Origin: a virus
Taxonomy: Duplodnaviria > Caudoviricetes
Reading direction: 5' to 3' (one strand)
DNA length: 37,075 nt
IMG/VR virus record: IMGVR_UViG_3300030101_002605
Location: 1 to 37,075 of that record
In this document: one piece after another, positions 12,001 to 20,360 of the stretch
Position numbering within the stretch: the stretch's first letter is position 1
Layout of the letters: the number at the start of each line of letters is the position of its first letter
Position numbers and translations under genes: made by a program
The notes under the pieces: model-generated
What the model was told of the DNA's origin: nothing
Database searches by the model: none
The model's input: only the letters and a program-made list of their open reading frames with translations

Positions 12001-15000
12001 GAAAAATCCAAGAGTTCCAAGAGCAAGCAGAAGTCGATCAAGAAATCCGTGCCAGAAATCAAAGACACAAGGATCGTGTAAATGAAAGACGTAAGAGTAT
12101 TGGTCGAATAGTCGAGGGTACATTAAAGCAAAATAGGACTGTCGAAGATTCACCTAGAGCAGATGTAAAAGAACATAATCACAAGATGTTATATACTGCT
12201 TCTGCTAACGCTATAGCAAGAGCCTTGCAAGGTGCGTCTAAGATTAGAGTTATCTATGGTGGTAAGCCTTTAGAAACAGCAGAGGCTAGAAAAGTTAGCG
12301 ATAACTTTATTCGAAAGATACAAGACAGAACAATACCTATCGCCAGGATGATAGATGAGCTACAAGAGAAAGGTCTCAAGCTTACAGACGCTATCGATCC
12401 TATACTCCGAGAGCAACTCATGCACGGGAAAGTCGGTGACTTACTGGATACAAAGCAGAAAGGTATCTATAAGGCTGTATTAGATGTCATTCAAAGATTT
12501 AGATACTCTGATGCTGAGATAGAGGCATTGAAAAGAATATCACGAGAGGCATCTGATCCTGATCAGCAGGGATATGTAGCGACAGCGATAGATTCGTTCA
12601 AGCCTAGTTTGTACAAGAGGTTGTTGTACGGTGAAGATAGCAAGCAGTTGGTTATGGCAGAAGCATATTTGTATGCCCTACACGCCAAAGAGAGAAACGA
12701 TTATGTAAAACGAATCGATAGAAACGAGATCAATAAGAATACAGATCGTGGCTCAGGGATGTCTAATACAGAGGCTGATGCAATAATAACTTGGTTTGAG
12801 AGAAACAGCCCAGAGGGATTGCTAAAAGATTTACAAAGAACTGTCCAAGATGTAGTGGCTGACACTAATGCAACCAGACTAGAAGGCGAGTTGGTTCCGT
12901 TGTTTGACAGAGGCTCAGGTTGGAATAACTATGTGCCTTTGAAAGGCGTATTCCACGCTGAAGACGAAACACAGGACTATGCTAACAGAGGTAAATATAC
13001 TAAGCCCTTGTTAGGTGCCAGAGGGCAGGAAGATACAAAGGTAAAGGGTAGATTAGATTATTCACCAAACATACTAGCTAATCTTTTCACACAAAACTCT
13101 ACGTCTACTATCAATGCAGAAAGAAATAGAGTGGGTCTATCCATGTTGAACCTAATACGAAAAGACCCAGATATGCTTAGAGAGTTTGCTTTTATCGACA
13201 ACATAACACCGAAGAGACGAGTTGTGGACGCACGAACAGGGGTTCTAAGCACAAGACCTGTCAGCAACGTGGAGATATGGAATGATCCAAACGTCCTTAT
13301 AGTCAAAGAGGGTGGTCAAGAGATAGTGATTCGTTTTAATAGCTCTGTCATTGCAGGTGCATTCAGAGGAGATACAGGTCAGTCGATATTACCAGAGTCA
13401 GTGATTCGAAATCTAGGTAAGTTCAACAGGTTTCTCTCAAGCATAAACACATCCTATAACCCTGCCTTTATAGCACCAAACTTCATACGAGACGTACAGA
13501 CAGCATTGGTAAATATAGATCAATACGAGGGAGGAAACCTAAAGAAGAAAGTATTTGCAGATGCTTGGAGAATGAGCCGTGGTGTATATAGAGCAGAGGC
13601 AAAAGGGGATGTGGATACTGAAGAGGCAAAGCTATACAGAGACTTTGTTAAGTTTGGTGGTAAAAACGTAAACAACCAGATGACCACACTGGAAGATCAA
13701 GCCAATGACATAACTAAGATACTCAACACAATATCAGAGGGTGGATTAGTTGGAAACGTCCAGAAGATGCGAAATGGTTGGGTTGGAAAAGGTACAAGCA
13801 ATGTCCTCAGCTTTGTAGAAAACATGAACACAGCGGCGGAGAATGGTGTTCGTGTAGCGACATACAAAGCTTTATTAGATACAGGTAAGTATAGCGAAGA
13901 GCAAGCCGCACTAGCCGCTCGTAACATCACAGTGAACTTTGCAAAGGGTGGTGAATACAAGAATACATTTAACTCTCTCTATCTATTCTTCAATGCATCC
14001 CTACAGGGTAGCTTTGCACTACTAAATGCATTCTCTAAGTCTGCCAAAGTAAGAAAGACATGGATGGGTATCTTTGCTTTAGGCATCATGCTTGATCAGT
14101 TGAACGCTCTCATCTCCGATGAGGACGAAGAGGGTATGCTAGAGTACGACAAGATCACAGACTATATGCTAGAGCATAATATAGTTATCGGTAACGTAGG
14201 TGCTTTTGCCATAGACAAATTCACAGACAAAGACCTTGAGTACAAAACATTCGCAACAATCCCCCTCCCATATGGAGTTAACATGGCATATAACTTTGGT
14301 AGAGCCTTGAGCCGAAGAACCAGAGGTGGATACACAGGGGCAGAGACAACTAGCACGATATTCTCCACGACACTAGAGGCAGTCAACCCACTGGGTGGTG
14401 CCGAGAGTATAGGTAATTTAATTATGCCCACAGTTGCAGACCCATACGTCAGCTTGTCTCAGAACATAGACTACGATGGAACGCCAATATACAAAGAGGT
14501 TTCTCAGTTTGCAGTGGGTACACCAGATAGTCAGTCTTATTGGAACAGTGCCTCTCCCATGTCTGTAGCTACAGCACAAGCGATAAACGCTTTGACAGGA
14601 GGCTCTACAGTTAGAAAAGGACTTGTGGACTTTTCACCAGACACATTGGATTACATATTCGGTTACTTCACGGGAGGAGCAGGAGCATTTGTCCAGAGGA
14701 CTATGACGGCAGGATACAAGGTTACATCTGGTGAGGCTTTCCAAGCATTTGAAGATGGACTTGAGGCAGAAGAGGTTAGAGAGGGTATACGAAGAGTGCC
14801 ACTTGTTAGAAAGCTTGTCTACTCTACGTCAGAGCGTGAGGACACAGGTAAGTTTATAGAGAAAAGAAACCAAGTCTTTATAGCAAGAAAAGAACTCAAA
14901 GCTGCGATACAGAGTGGTGACAGGTCAGAAGTTCTAGCTGTAAGACAGAAGTATCCAGACGAACTAAAGATATATGGAATAGTAAGAGCCATAAACGGAA

Positions 15001-15188
15001 AGAGACAGAAACTAACTGCTGTTAGAAATAAGCTACTACGAATGCCTAAAGATAGAATAAGTGATTCGGAAAGAGATAGAAGATTAGAAATACTAGATAA
15101 GAGAATACAAAAGCTTATCGAAAGAGGTAATGCCGTTATGAAAGGTATTGATGTTCCATTCTTAACGGCACTAGGTGTGGGTGTATAA
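6090..15188 (+). CDS. Giant polyvalent ejection protein (metallopeptidase, putative ART, HhH-like, LPD38-like domains)
   Basis: 3032 aa; N-terminal hydrophobic segment with ESLTEAGQ; HEILH...EEAVAE; R-S-E pattern; C-terminal ARNITVNFAKGG...LYLFFNASLQG. Confidence 0.8.
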   Translation: MSFKLIQSPTTGKYYPVKIEGDTPTEDEKQRIAEYLRQREQLITPPEEEQQYEARSGILGAFDVGTDYMGNQIGSTLEGIGKVLGIESLENYGGEMAESYAESGSQKAEGLTRLGEVEGVGSGAKFAGEVLGQAAPQIGTAIAAGTGLALLAPALPFAAVIGGIAATLPLLYGANRERQKEADIAEGRPVEVDEGAAAITALGQSALESLSLRFLTLANKAGLKVNANYFKENPASGLFTKLVDKAPRTTRGVAGAASGASVESLTEAGQQMLERMQAGLDIASDEALEEYLEAAVAGGIVGGTLKGGVSAISDPNAKKAKEELQKKNELEEDDRIEGVQDQDAMDNIRQTVNAQDLKIQSNQEGVTNQTLSEQDIIKQMSQKTKQARPVEPDELTSDEKARLDEFRRARNIPLDEPITLQEVRSALGDQAVERLAVNQGMTGARINYAKLSGAKPFNQQQVNKVINAVRKSKKETLTEIEIDNLISGQIDSKSFELIEGIKNELIDQGKIRLTARQEYDVNTKKLRPIGKAEFSKTFELEGEVAREANRLENDAKKAKEDLEKKRKDIEELEIRVNRLEQMRNLDLYDAKDMEIAAKYLKSEEGKAYQEIKVTDPENIERKLVASVSKRINKTLGKKGDLKNEPTGLRKTLKDAKEDKDNLIGYIENTENALKFVNTSDFTTENLKYGKKVDPNEYNPEALQDRLTFKERVLTEKVAENKRKASQRTPEEKKAARQEVDKLRKDIKELKDAIANPPTPVQKDNAKNDGNAIREAAKVTAKKRLKPRYIRKLKNMRTSLVKYLKKMNLADDIIIQQANMIDPDQPFVTYADERKGENGKRIITIAMDLFDPDTVMDEEGAKTVYKRLKSTLNHEILHSLRELQLITEAEYQSLVKAASTRKRVVLRDGKTVTRNYTYLDHAKHLYLKEMFPNMSEQDFNDMVQEEAVAEMFRDVLDDKLPMTGKPRTLLNRIIEFFRSLFLAHQDNGITSVEQIFEDVRSGTIGKTRESKQKDIDRGKRLSISQVLTDAENNYESYKYKNKLFKETMQAMEKEGYKFDPITMEFLGLKEGMEIAPPLEHYVANLFTDRGLEFLQARHSGDRRRNLASLFQKQVGLRQAEIDRQPIEQDMSFEPNQEALDKIRFDLWKITQAQLAHLPDRIPIFRIGPVDSKNLYKGQMHSYSLSPNPKEMGLYKNRRSFAYKEYIKERKKQIGIFGRGQVEPEILGYLVDKEDIVVAPNLGYGDIFNNDPEQEVVVRPSDVMRVNIEEYENIYGKPDVRVRKSVGRKVYDPSDIERGQEQLENYANYIENGYTGNTDFLMSTEVPNQFSLLQQNMADNVTEAWANSGFYDEEYPVQKFESKKYEGEEYTMKDMLNNYNYLTVKSLQALGNSDVSRQLLEEYSEGNTELMDEYNKLLDEAKKVSIRTAPENKEFRKKSIGRLIKDPVLYNMSSLPDVDLDTLKFKTKIGEDDIERTLVEAVRDYYEERLERAGEDFRVDYTDPSPETLERIATIMAAEAELALARDGNAIGWYDNKLKLAKKLFAMVHPELMPDPETMSPVELMEAKRHEAVFDYALAVTSNGTPVIDNAKYAIQAYRSWVDTGKFEVRGYGDKVDPMKKAFEFYNAMIDRYQGNTVGIAEFLDEKLTVREIKDNEFIKQLEEDYGLKLTKNLSQETMDTEVSISALMGAKIGNGFYQNLRGNYKSLTMDRWWQRFYNRVTGNPYYRTQDKTKIKVYNQFLEQLKRPKRELPDIDKQALKLATEALANPLIKKGKFDGTVQEVDANVIALASAFAAERNRIYQSISNEGTEGMKAGAARSRIVAENRRRAGIAENTEMSKVANSMERNFGLSLQEMPRTGTERSYQRRATERAIKILEQDKIIKPGTLSMADFQALMWFHEKSLFKDLGIAQGGGRENDYVDGAIAVLREEGITDDNIQEALPTTDRFRVTGGVNPNSGNAEVRTRATEVSGKIQEFQEQAEVDQEIRARNQRHKDRVNERRKSIGRIVEGTLKQNRTVEDSPRADVKEHNHKMLYTASANAIARALQGASKIRVIYGGKPLETAEARKVSDNFIRKIQDRTIPIARMIDELQEKGLKLTDAIDPILREQLMHGKVGDLLDTKQKGIYKAVLDVIQRFRYSDAEIEALKRISREASDPDQQGYVATAIDSFKPSLYKRLLYGEDSKQLVMAEAYLYALHAKERNDYVKRIDRNEINKNTDRGSGMSNTEADAIITWFERNSPEGLLKDLQRTVQDVVADTNATRLEGELVPLFDRGSGWNNYVPLKGVFHAEDETQDYANRGKYTKPLLGARGQEDTKVKGRLDYSPNILANLFTQNSTSTINAERNRVGLSMLNLIRKDPDMLREFAFIDNITPKRRVVDARTGVLSTRPVSNVEIWNDPNVLIVKEGGQEIVIRFNSSVIAGAFRGDTGQSILPESVIRNLGKFNRFLSSINTSYNPAFIAPNFIRDVQTALVNIDQYEGGNLKKKVFADAWRMSRGVYRAEAKGDVDTEEAKLYRDFVKFGGKNVNNQMTTLEDQANDITKILNTISEGGLVGNVQKMRNGWVGKGTSNVLSFVENMNTAAENGVRVATYKALLDTGKYSEEQAALAARNITVNFAKGGEYKNTFNSLYLFFNASLQGSFALLNAFSKSAKVRKTWMGIFALGIMLDQLNALISDEDEEGMLEYDKITDYMLEHNIVIGNVGAFAIDKFTDKDLEYKTFATIPLPYGVNMAYNFGRALSRRTRGGYTGAETTSTIFSTTLEAVNPLGGAESIGNLIMPTVADPYVSLSQNIDYDGTPIYKEVSQFAVGTPDSQSYWNSASPMSVATAQAINALTGGSTVRKGLVDFSPDTLDYIFGYFTGGAGAFVQRTMTAGYKVTSGEAFQAFEDGLEAEEVREGIRRVPLVRKLVYSTSEREDTGKFIEKRNQVFIARKELKAAIQSGDRSEVLAVRQKYPDELKIYGIVRAINGKRQKLTAVRNKLLRMPKDRISDSERDRRLEILDKRIQKLIERGNAVMKGIDVPFLTALGVGV

Positions 15189-15206
15189 AAGTTACTTATA
15201 ACTTTT
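15187..15206. repeat. Palindromic box at the convergent gene junction
   Basis: AAAAGTT-ACTTAT-AACTTTT overlapping both stop codons. Confidence 0.85.
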
Positions 15207-15395
15207 TTTTCCAAAAGACTTACGATGGATAGCTTTTTGCTTTTCTAATTCCTTATTCAAGTCTGCAATAGCATCTATCAAGCAATCCATCTTTATAACA
15301 ACGGGCATTGCATCATAATGCTCTGTAAAATAAGCCTTTAGTTCTTCTGCATATATATCATATCTATGTTTAATCATAATTGACTTGTGTCTCAT
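15192..15395 (-). CDS. Hypothetical protein (67 aa)
   Basis: ATGA overlap with the methylase stop favours a start at 15395 over 15497. Confidence 0.55.
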   Translation of the reverse strand: MRHKSIMIKHRYDIYAEELKAYFTEHYDAMPVVIKMDCLIDAIADLNKELEKQKAIHRKSFGKKSYK

Positions 15396-16495
15396 TCTAT
15401 ACTCACTTTCGTAAACATTGGTGTTTCCCCCATGATTCGCTTCTCTGCTATGTCGACATAGTCCTTGTTTAGCTCTATAACTGTTGCATTTCTGCACAGT
15501 CTATCTGCTACCAGACCTGTGGTTCCAGACCCACCAAAAGGATCAAGGACATGACCATCTTTAGGAGAACCTGCCTTTATACACGGCTCGATAAGATCAG
15601 TGGGGAAGACAGCAAAGTGTGCTTCTTTGTATGGCTTAGTGTTTACTGTCCATACTGATCGTTTGTTTTTGGTCTCCGACATCATATCTCTCTCTCGTGT
15701 AAGACCATTAAAAACATTCTCTTTATCTTTAGAGTTCTCTACGTTGATAGGTGTCTTGCCACCCCATCGGTTCTGACTAGCCTCTTCCTGTATAGCCTCA
15801 TGGTCAAAGTAGTAATGTGAGTTCTTACTGAGAAGAAAGATATACTCATGTGCTTTAGTGCATCTGTCCTGTACAGACTCTGGCATGGGGTTCGGCTTGT
15901 GCCAAATAATATCCTGTCGTAGATACCACCCATCCTCTTGCAAAGCGAAAGCTACTCGCCAAGGTATGCCCATCAAATCTTTCTGCTTCAAACCTTGAAT
16001 TTTGTTCGCTCTATGAGGACTACTCTCTGGTTGATCGTGTTTCGTGCTATGAACGCTCTGTTTTACGTTACTTCCACCATCTGCACGATAATTATGATAG
16101 GAGTCTCCCAAATTTAGCCACACAGTGCCGTCATCTCTCAGCGTATCTCTTACTCCACGAAACACCTCTACAAGCCGTGAGACGTAATCCTGTGGGGTCA
16201 ATTCTAAGCCAATTTGGTCATCTTGACGCTTTGCACCACAAATTGGGCATTCTTGACGATAAATCGCATCTCCGACCACATCTCCGTGTTCATACATATT
16301 CGCATGACCTGTTGCAGTGTCTTTAGATATCTTCGTGAGACGTTTATGTGGGCAGTTGGGATCGCCACCTATCCATGTTCCTGTATTGTAGTCACGCAAT
16401 CCGTAGTAAGGTGGAGAGGTGACTACAGTATGGAAGTGATGCTTGGGTAGTTCCTTGAGAACGTCCAAGCAGTTACCTATCTTGATGTTAATCAT
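15392..16495 (-). CDS. Site-specific DNA methyltransferase (N4-C/N6-A, beta class)
   Basis: TSPPY, WLNLGDSY, LRQDIIWHKPNPMPES, HFAVFP, VLDPFGGSGTTG. Confidence 0.95.
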   Translation of the reverse strand: MINIKIGNCLDVLKELPKHHFHTVVTSPPYYGLRDYNTGTWIGGDPNCPHKRLTKISKDTATGHANMYEHGDVVGDAIYRQECPICGAKRQDDQIGLELTPQDYVSRLVEVFRGVRDTLRDDGTVWLNLGDSYHNYRADGGSNVKQSVHSTKHDQPESSPHRANKIQGLKQKDLMGIPWRVAFALQEDGWYLRQDIIWHKPNPMPESVQDRCTKAHEYIFLLSKNSHYYFDHEAIQEEASQNRWGGKTPINVENSKDKENVFNGLTRERDMMSETKNKRSVWTVNTKPYKEAHFAVFPTDLIEPCIKAGSPKDGHVLDPFGGSGTTGLVADRLCRNATVIELNKDYVDIAEKRIMGETPMFTKVSIE

Positions 16496-16941
16496 AATAT
16501 TTGATTATGCTCACGATAGTCCATGAGTAAGTTCTCAAACTTCTTCAATGCTACATCATTAGTTTTAAGATCACTTCTTGATTTAATTCCAAGTCGGTCA
16601 CGCAACAATATAGCACAAGCTTCTTCTGAGTTAACTCGTAAATCCTCTTCAAAAGGACTTGTGTCTTCCATGTACATCCAAAAGCTTTCTTCTTTACAAA
16701 CCATGATAGCACTTTTCATAAGTCTTTCTTTCTTACGTTGCTCATCGCTAATCTCTGGTTGATCTTCATCGTCAAGCTTAACCATTGCAATCATATAGCG
16801 ACTGCCAACCCAATGTTTGTGTAACTCTTGAGGAACATCATCTGGATGTATGCATAGACGCAAGTTGGTTCCGTTTTTATCTTGCGACATAGACACTTTG
16901 ATTGCCTCAAACTTCAACGCTAAATCTTTTACATCACTCAT
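16492..16941 (-). CDS. Conserved hypothetical phage protein
   Basis: 149 aa, overlapping both neighbours; HPDD and LGIKSRSDL motifs. Confidence 0.75.
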   Translation of the reverse strand: MSDVKDLALKFEAIKVSMSQDKNGTNLRLCIHPDDVPQELHKHWVGSRYMIAMVKLDDEDQPEISDEQRKKERLMKSAIMVCKEESFWMYMEDTSPFEEDLRVNSEEACAILLRDRLGIKSRSDLKTNDVALKKFENLLMDYREHNQIL

Positions 16942-17179
16942 CTATCTTCTCCTCTGATGGTTTGGCTTTCACGACTGATACTTTCTTCACTTCATAATCT
17001 ATAACCTTTTGATGATCGTATCGCCTTTTTGCATAACCCTCTTCACGCTCTCGTGCAAAGTCCTTTGCTTGCGTTATTGTGTTTGCCCTTACTTTCCTTG
17101 TGCGTCTATAGGTTACTTCAACTATAACGTCATAAGGCATCGCTCTAAGGTAGCTTGCTTTTCTTCGATCTAGTCTCAT
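16934..17179 (-). CDS. Hypothetical basic protein (81 aa)
   Basis: Start moved to MRLDRRK, which has a GGAG RBS. Confidence 0.6.
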   Translation of the reverse strand: MRLDRRKASYLRAMPYDVIVEVTYRRTRKVRANTITQAKDFAREREEGYAKRRYDHQKVIDYEVKKVSVVKAKPSEEKIDE

Positions 17180-17450
17180 TGTATTTACTCCAATTCTTTT
17201 TCGCCCACTCAATGGGGTCAATTCCTTGGATAGTCCACCATTTCTTTTCGTTACCATAATGATGGATATCCATATGATGTTCGTGACACATAGGTACAAC
17301 CCAGTTGTCTCCGACCTTTAATGCAACACCTCTCGGTTCTGCGTACATTATGTGATGAGCCTCGCCCTCTTTACCACAAATAAGGCAAGGCTCACCCCTT
17401 ACGATAGAAAGATATTTATTATCCCTAACTCTATAGTGAGAATGGGTCAT
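17145..17450 (-). CDS. DUF968-like zinc-binding (HNH-related) protein
   Basis: YL...PCLICG...AHH...KVGDNWVVPMCHEHHMDIH..GNEKKWW. Confidence 0.8.
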   Translation of the reverse strand: MTHSHYRVRDNKYLSIVRGEPCLICGKEGEAHHIMYAEPRGVALKVGDNWVVPMCHEHHMDIHHYGNEKKWWTIQGIDPIEWAKKNWSKYNETRSKKSKLP

Positions 17451-17739
17451 CGTCAGACATGGTTTGTTTTCTAGGCTGACTCATCTCATCTCTAGATTTG
17501 CGTTCTTGCAGAACGCTTGCTTTTACAGATAAGAATGTAGACCCAGACTTCTTTGCCGTTCTCTTCCATCCTGCTATAGAAATTTTTGGGAATGCAACAC
17601 CAGCATGAAACTGATCACTCAAATCCTCGACAACCTCTTGGTTAAGTTCCAAGGTGCCTGTGTAATCTGGATGAGCCTCTTTGCTTTTGTTTACATTTGA
17701 AAAAAGACTACCCTGTGGGTATTGGTTTCTATTATCCAT
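17431..17739 (-). CDS. ssDNA-binding protein (DUF736-like)
   Basis: GSLFSN..K....HPDYTG...IAGWK......FLSV and acidic DDDPF tail; GAGGAG RBS before MDNRN. Confidence 0.7.
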   Translation of the reverse strand: MDNRNQYPQGSLFSNVNKSKEAHPDYTGTLELNQEVVEDLSDQFHAGVAFPKISIAGWKRTAKKSGSTFLSVKASVLQERKSRDEMSQPRKQTMSDDDPFSL

Positions 17740-18457
17740 TTGATTTCTCCTCATTAAGTAATGTGTCTCTTCTTGCTTTAAACTTCTCTCGACACTTTTC
17801 GAGAAGTTCTTCGTCTTCTGCTGTCATCTTATGCACGACATAACCCTCTTCCATGTTCTGTTTCCAGAACTTCATAACCGAATCAGATGTCTTGCAAAGA
17901 CGTAAGAACCCAACAAACTTTTGTGCAACGTCCTTTAAATGACTAGACTTTACATTTTCTTCTGCACCCTCTGGGTTTTTTATAGTCACATCAAAAAGTT
18001 CTATATCACTTTTTTGATCCTGGGCTGCTGCCGACTGTCTTGTTGAAGTGTTTGATGCACCCTCATCTGGCAAATCTTCGCCAGAATAAATCTGTACACC
18101 CATACCATGTAAGGCAATAGCCTTTGCCAAGCATCGCTGTAAGGACGTATTGACCTCAAAACTATTTGGATTTTGTAAAGGTTTGTTTGCGTAATTAAGA
18201 ACAGGCAACATCTCTGTAATAGACTTACCACCTACACTTACAGTTACTTTTGTAAAGCACCATCCGTTCTCATCCTTAAAATATGGAAAGCCTTGTTCAT
18301 TGCAATGTTTCTCCATTGTAGCATCTGGATATTTATCACACAAAGCACTCCACGCTTTTGCCCAAGAGATGTAGGATAAATTGTTCTTCTTCTCCACCAT
18401 CTTTTTCTCTTCGACATTTATACCCTTTAGGGTAGACCACACATTTTTTTCACTCAT
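17732..18457 (-). CDS. sak: Sak/Rad52-like single-strand annealing protein (DUF1071)
   Basis: EKKNNLSYISWAKAW, LPVLNYANK, NTSLQRCLAKAIALHGMG..IYSGEDLP. Confidence 0.85.
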   Translation of the reverse strand: MSEKNVWSTLKGINVEEKKMVEKKNNLSYISWAKAWSALCDKYPDATMEKHCNEQGFPYFKDENGWCFTKVTVSVGGKSITEMLPVLNYANKPLQNPNSFEVNTSLQRCLAKAIALHGMGVQIYSGEDLPDEGASNTSTRQSAAAQDQKSDIELFDVTIKNPEGAEENVKSSHLKDVAQKFVGFLRLCKTSDSVMKFWKQNMEEGYVVHKMTAEDEELLEKCREKFKARRDTLLNEEKSNG

Positions 18458-18773
18458 TATTTTCTCCAATCATTGCGTGTAATTTAAAGAACCCCTTATG
18501 TTGGGGATATCTATGCATGAAGTAACGGCTATAAAACGCTATGTAGTCGTTACTAATTTTAAATGGGTCTCCATATGTTTCGACACTGGTTTCCCATCTA
18601 ACACGATTAATTATCAACCAAGCTGATAATCTCTTGTGTCCTTTCTTAATTGCTTGAAGAGAAAACTTTTCAAACAATTCATACACCTGTGGGTTTTTCT
18701 TATGCCACGACCACCACTTGGCTTTTCGTGCCTTGAAATACTCAGAGGCTTCTTCACTTGTTTTTATTGGCAT
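18450..18773 (-). CDS. Conserved hypothetical phage protein
   Basis: HKKNPQVYELF...SAWLIINRVRWE...FKISNDYIAFYSR; likely start MPIKT. Confidence 0.75.
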   Translation of the reverse strand: MPIKTSEEASEYFKARKAKWWSWHKKNPQVYELFEKFSLQAIKKGHKRLSAWLIINRVRWETSVETYGDPFKISNDYIAFYSRYFMHRYPQHKGFFKLHAMIGENNE

Positions 18774-18954
18774 TTTTAGACTTCTTATTGTTAAACGAAT
18801 CAACATCAATAAGATTGCTTTTCATATCGTCTTTGATAATCTTACTTATCTTCTTGACTGTTTCTTTCTTCCAAAATCTATTCTGATGTGCCGTAGACTT
18901 CTTGATATTAAAGTTTCTAATATCAAACATCTTTTCTAAATCATCATCACTCAT
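18754..18954 (-). CDS. Hypothetical protein
   Basis: ATGA coupling with the upstream gene and GAGGGG RBS. Confidence 0.55.
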   Translation of the reverse strand: MSDDDLEKMFDIRNFNIKKSTAHQNRFWKKETVKKISKIIKDDMKSNLIDVDSFNNKKSKNANKNK

Positions 18955-19181
18955 AACATCCCCTCTGGTTTTTTAAGTGGAATCCTAACTTCGATATCGT
19001 AGTTCTCTATCTCAACGCAGTTGTTCTTACCGACCCAAGGGTCTTTGAGTTGACCGAGTTGTTGTGCCATCTCTATGCAGTCTTCTTTGTAGCTAAATAC
19101 TAATCGGTGCATAGCATGATCGTCTGTCTCGATATCTGGTAAGGTAATAAGATATAAAACATAAAACAGCACAGGTTTCAT
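18951..19181 (-). CDS. Hypothetical protein with hydrophobic N-terminus and two Cys
   Basis: ATGA coupling at both ends. Confidence 0.65.
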   Translation of the reverse strand: MKPVLFYVLYLITLPDIETDDHAMHRLVFSYKEDCIEMAQQLGQLKDPWVGKNNCVEIENYDIEVRIPLKKPEGML

Positions 19182-19402
19182 TTGACCACCTTGACTGCAT
19201 CTATCTTGTCTTCAAGATCACGAATGTCCTTATTCATGTTATTTATCTTTTCGATATCCTCAGTGTCTGGCACTTTAAATCGAATTGTTATTTCCTTGCG
19301 ATCAGTGAACTGCTTTTCCTCTACAGGTTGCCATCTGTCCAATGGACACTGCACAAGCCAATTATAAAATTGTGTTTTCACACTAAAGTCTTTCTTGCTC
19401 AT
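19178..19402 (-). CDS. Hypothetical protein
   Basis: GGGAG RBS; overlaps neighbours in the operon. Confidence 0.65.
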   Translation of the reverse strand: MSKKDFSVKTQFYNWLVQCPLDRWQPVEEKQFTDRKEITIRFKVPDTEDIEKINNMNKDIRDLEDKIDAVKVVK

Positions 19403-20306
19403 TTAACATCTCCCTATATTGTGAACAAAATTCAGCAACCCCACAGTAGTTCCCACTACATCTAGGATTATCTCCCTTTCTGTGTTCGACATAGTAGTCA
19501 TCCGACAGATAAGGATTAGCCTTGGAACCTTTTGATGGTTGGCTTTTCTTCCACTCAATATGATCCTCGGCAATCTCTTTATCGTTAAAAAGTTTTATGG
19601 CACTTTTTCTGCCTTTCTTCATAACTGCCCATTTGTCTGGTCTCGCCCATCGTTCATCTGAATTACAGATCGTCATAGTATCGTCAAAATCAAACGATTG
19701 CCTCGCCTCTTGGTGAATGTCCATTCTACTCTCAACGTAGTCTGTACGAGCCTTAAAAGAGCGTAGAGGTATATCTAAGACAACCATTGGGGTATCTGGG
19801 TAATCTGGTTTGATACTAGCCTCTCGCCTATTCCAGTCACGCAAGATCGCACATATCTGTATCTTCTTCACAGGTATCTTCTTTTCTTTCTCAAGAAGAT
19901 AAGCGTATACGTTGAGTTGGTTTACCCATTCCTGTTTGCTGAATATAACTGACCAGACCGAGGTTACTTTGTAGTCTGTAATAATTATCCCATCGTCCTC
20001 TATCTCGTATTGATCGATAGCACCAGATAACGTCCACCCTTTTACGTCTGAGTAGATACGTTCTTCTTTCACTACGTTATCTCCTGTTGCTCCCTCTAGC
20101 ACTGCGTGTACTGCCGTTCCAAATAAAGCAAACACCATGTCCATCGCATCAGTCGACATTTGATCTCTGTGTTTTTCTCTCATCAAGAGAACACGAGGAC
20201 TATCGATTAACTGCGTAACAGAAATATCTGACTCGCCTTTGGTGTATTTATCGTTACGAGCAAAGTTTACAAAAGCCTCTGGGAGACCATGTTTATTTGT
20301 AATCAT
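19383..20306 (-). CDS. PD-(D/E)XK Cas4/RecB-like exonuclease
   Basis: ISVTQL, GTAVH, LSGAID...DYKVTS, QLNVY, C-terminal C...CxxxYCxxxxFC cluster. Confidence 0.88.
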   Translation of the reverse strand: MITNKHGLPEAFVNFARNDKYTKGESDISVTQLIDSPRVLLMREKHRDQMSTDAMDMVFALFGTAVHAVLEGATGDNVVKEERIYSDVKGWTLSGAIDQYEIEDDGIIITDYKVTSVWSVIFSKQEWVNQLNVYAYLLEKEKKIPVKKIQICAILRDWNRREASIKPDYPDTPMVVLDIPLRSFKARTDYVESRMDIHQEARQSFDFDDTMTICNSDERWARPDKWAVMKKGRKSAIKLFNDKEIAEDHIEWKKSQPSKGSKANPYLSDDYYVEHRKGDNPRCSGNYCGVAEFCSQYREMLNEQERL

Positions 20307-20360
20307 TGTTAACCTATGTAATTTTATTTATATTTATTAAAAAGAATATAAGGGAGAGCC

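Noticed and set aside
14615-14634. AAAAGGA-CTTGTG-GACTTTT as another palindromic box
   Set aside because: Three mismatches, within chance expectation.
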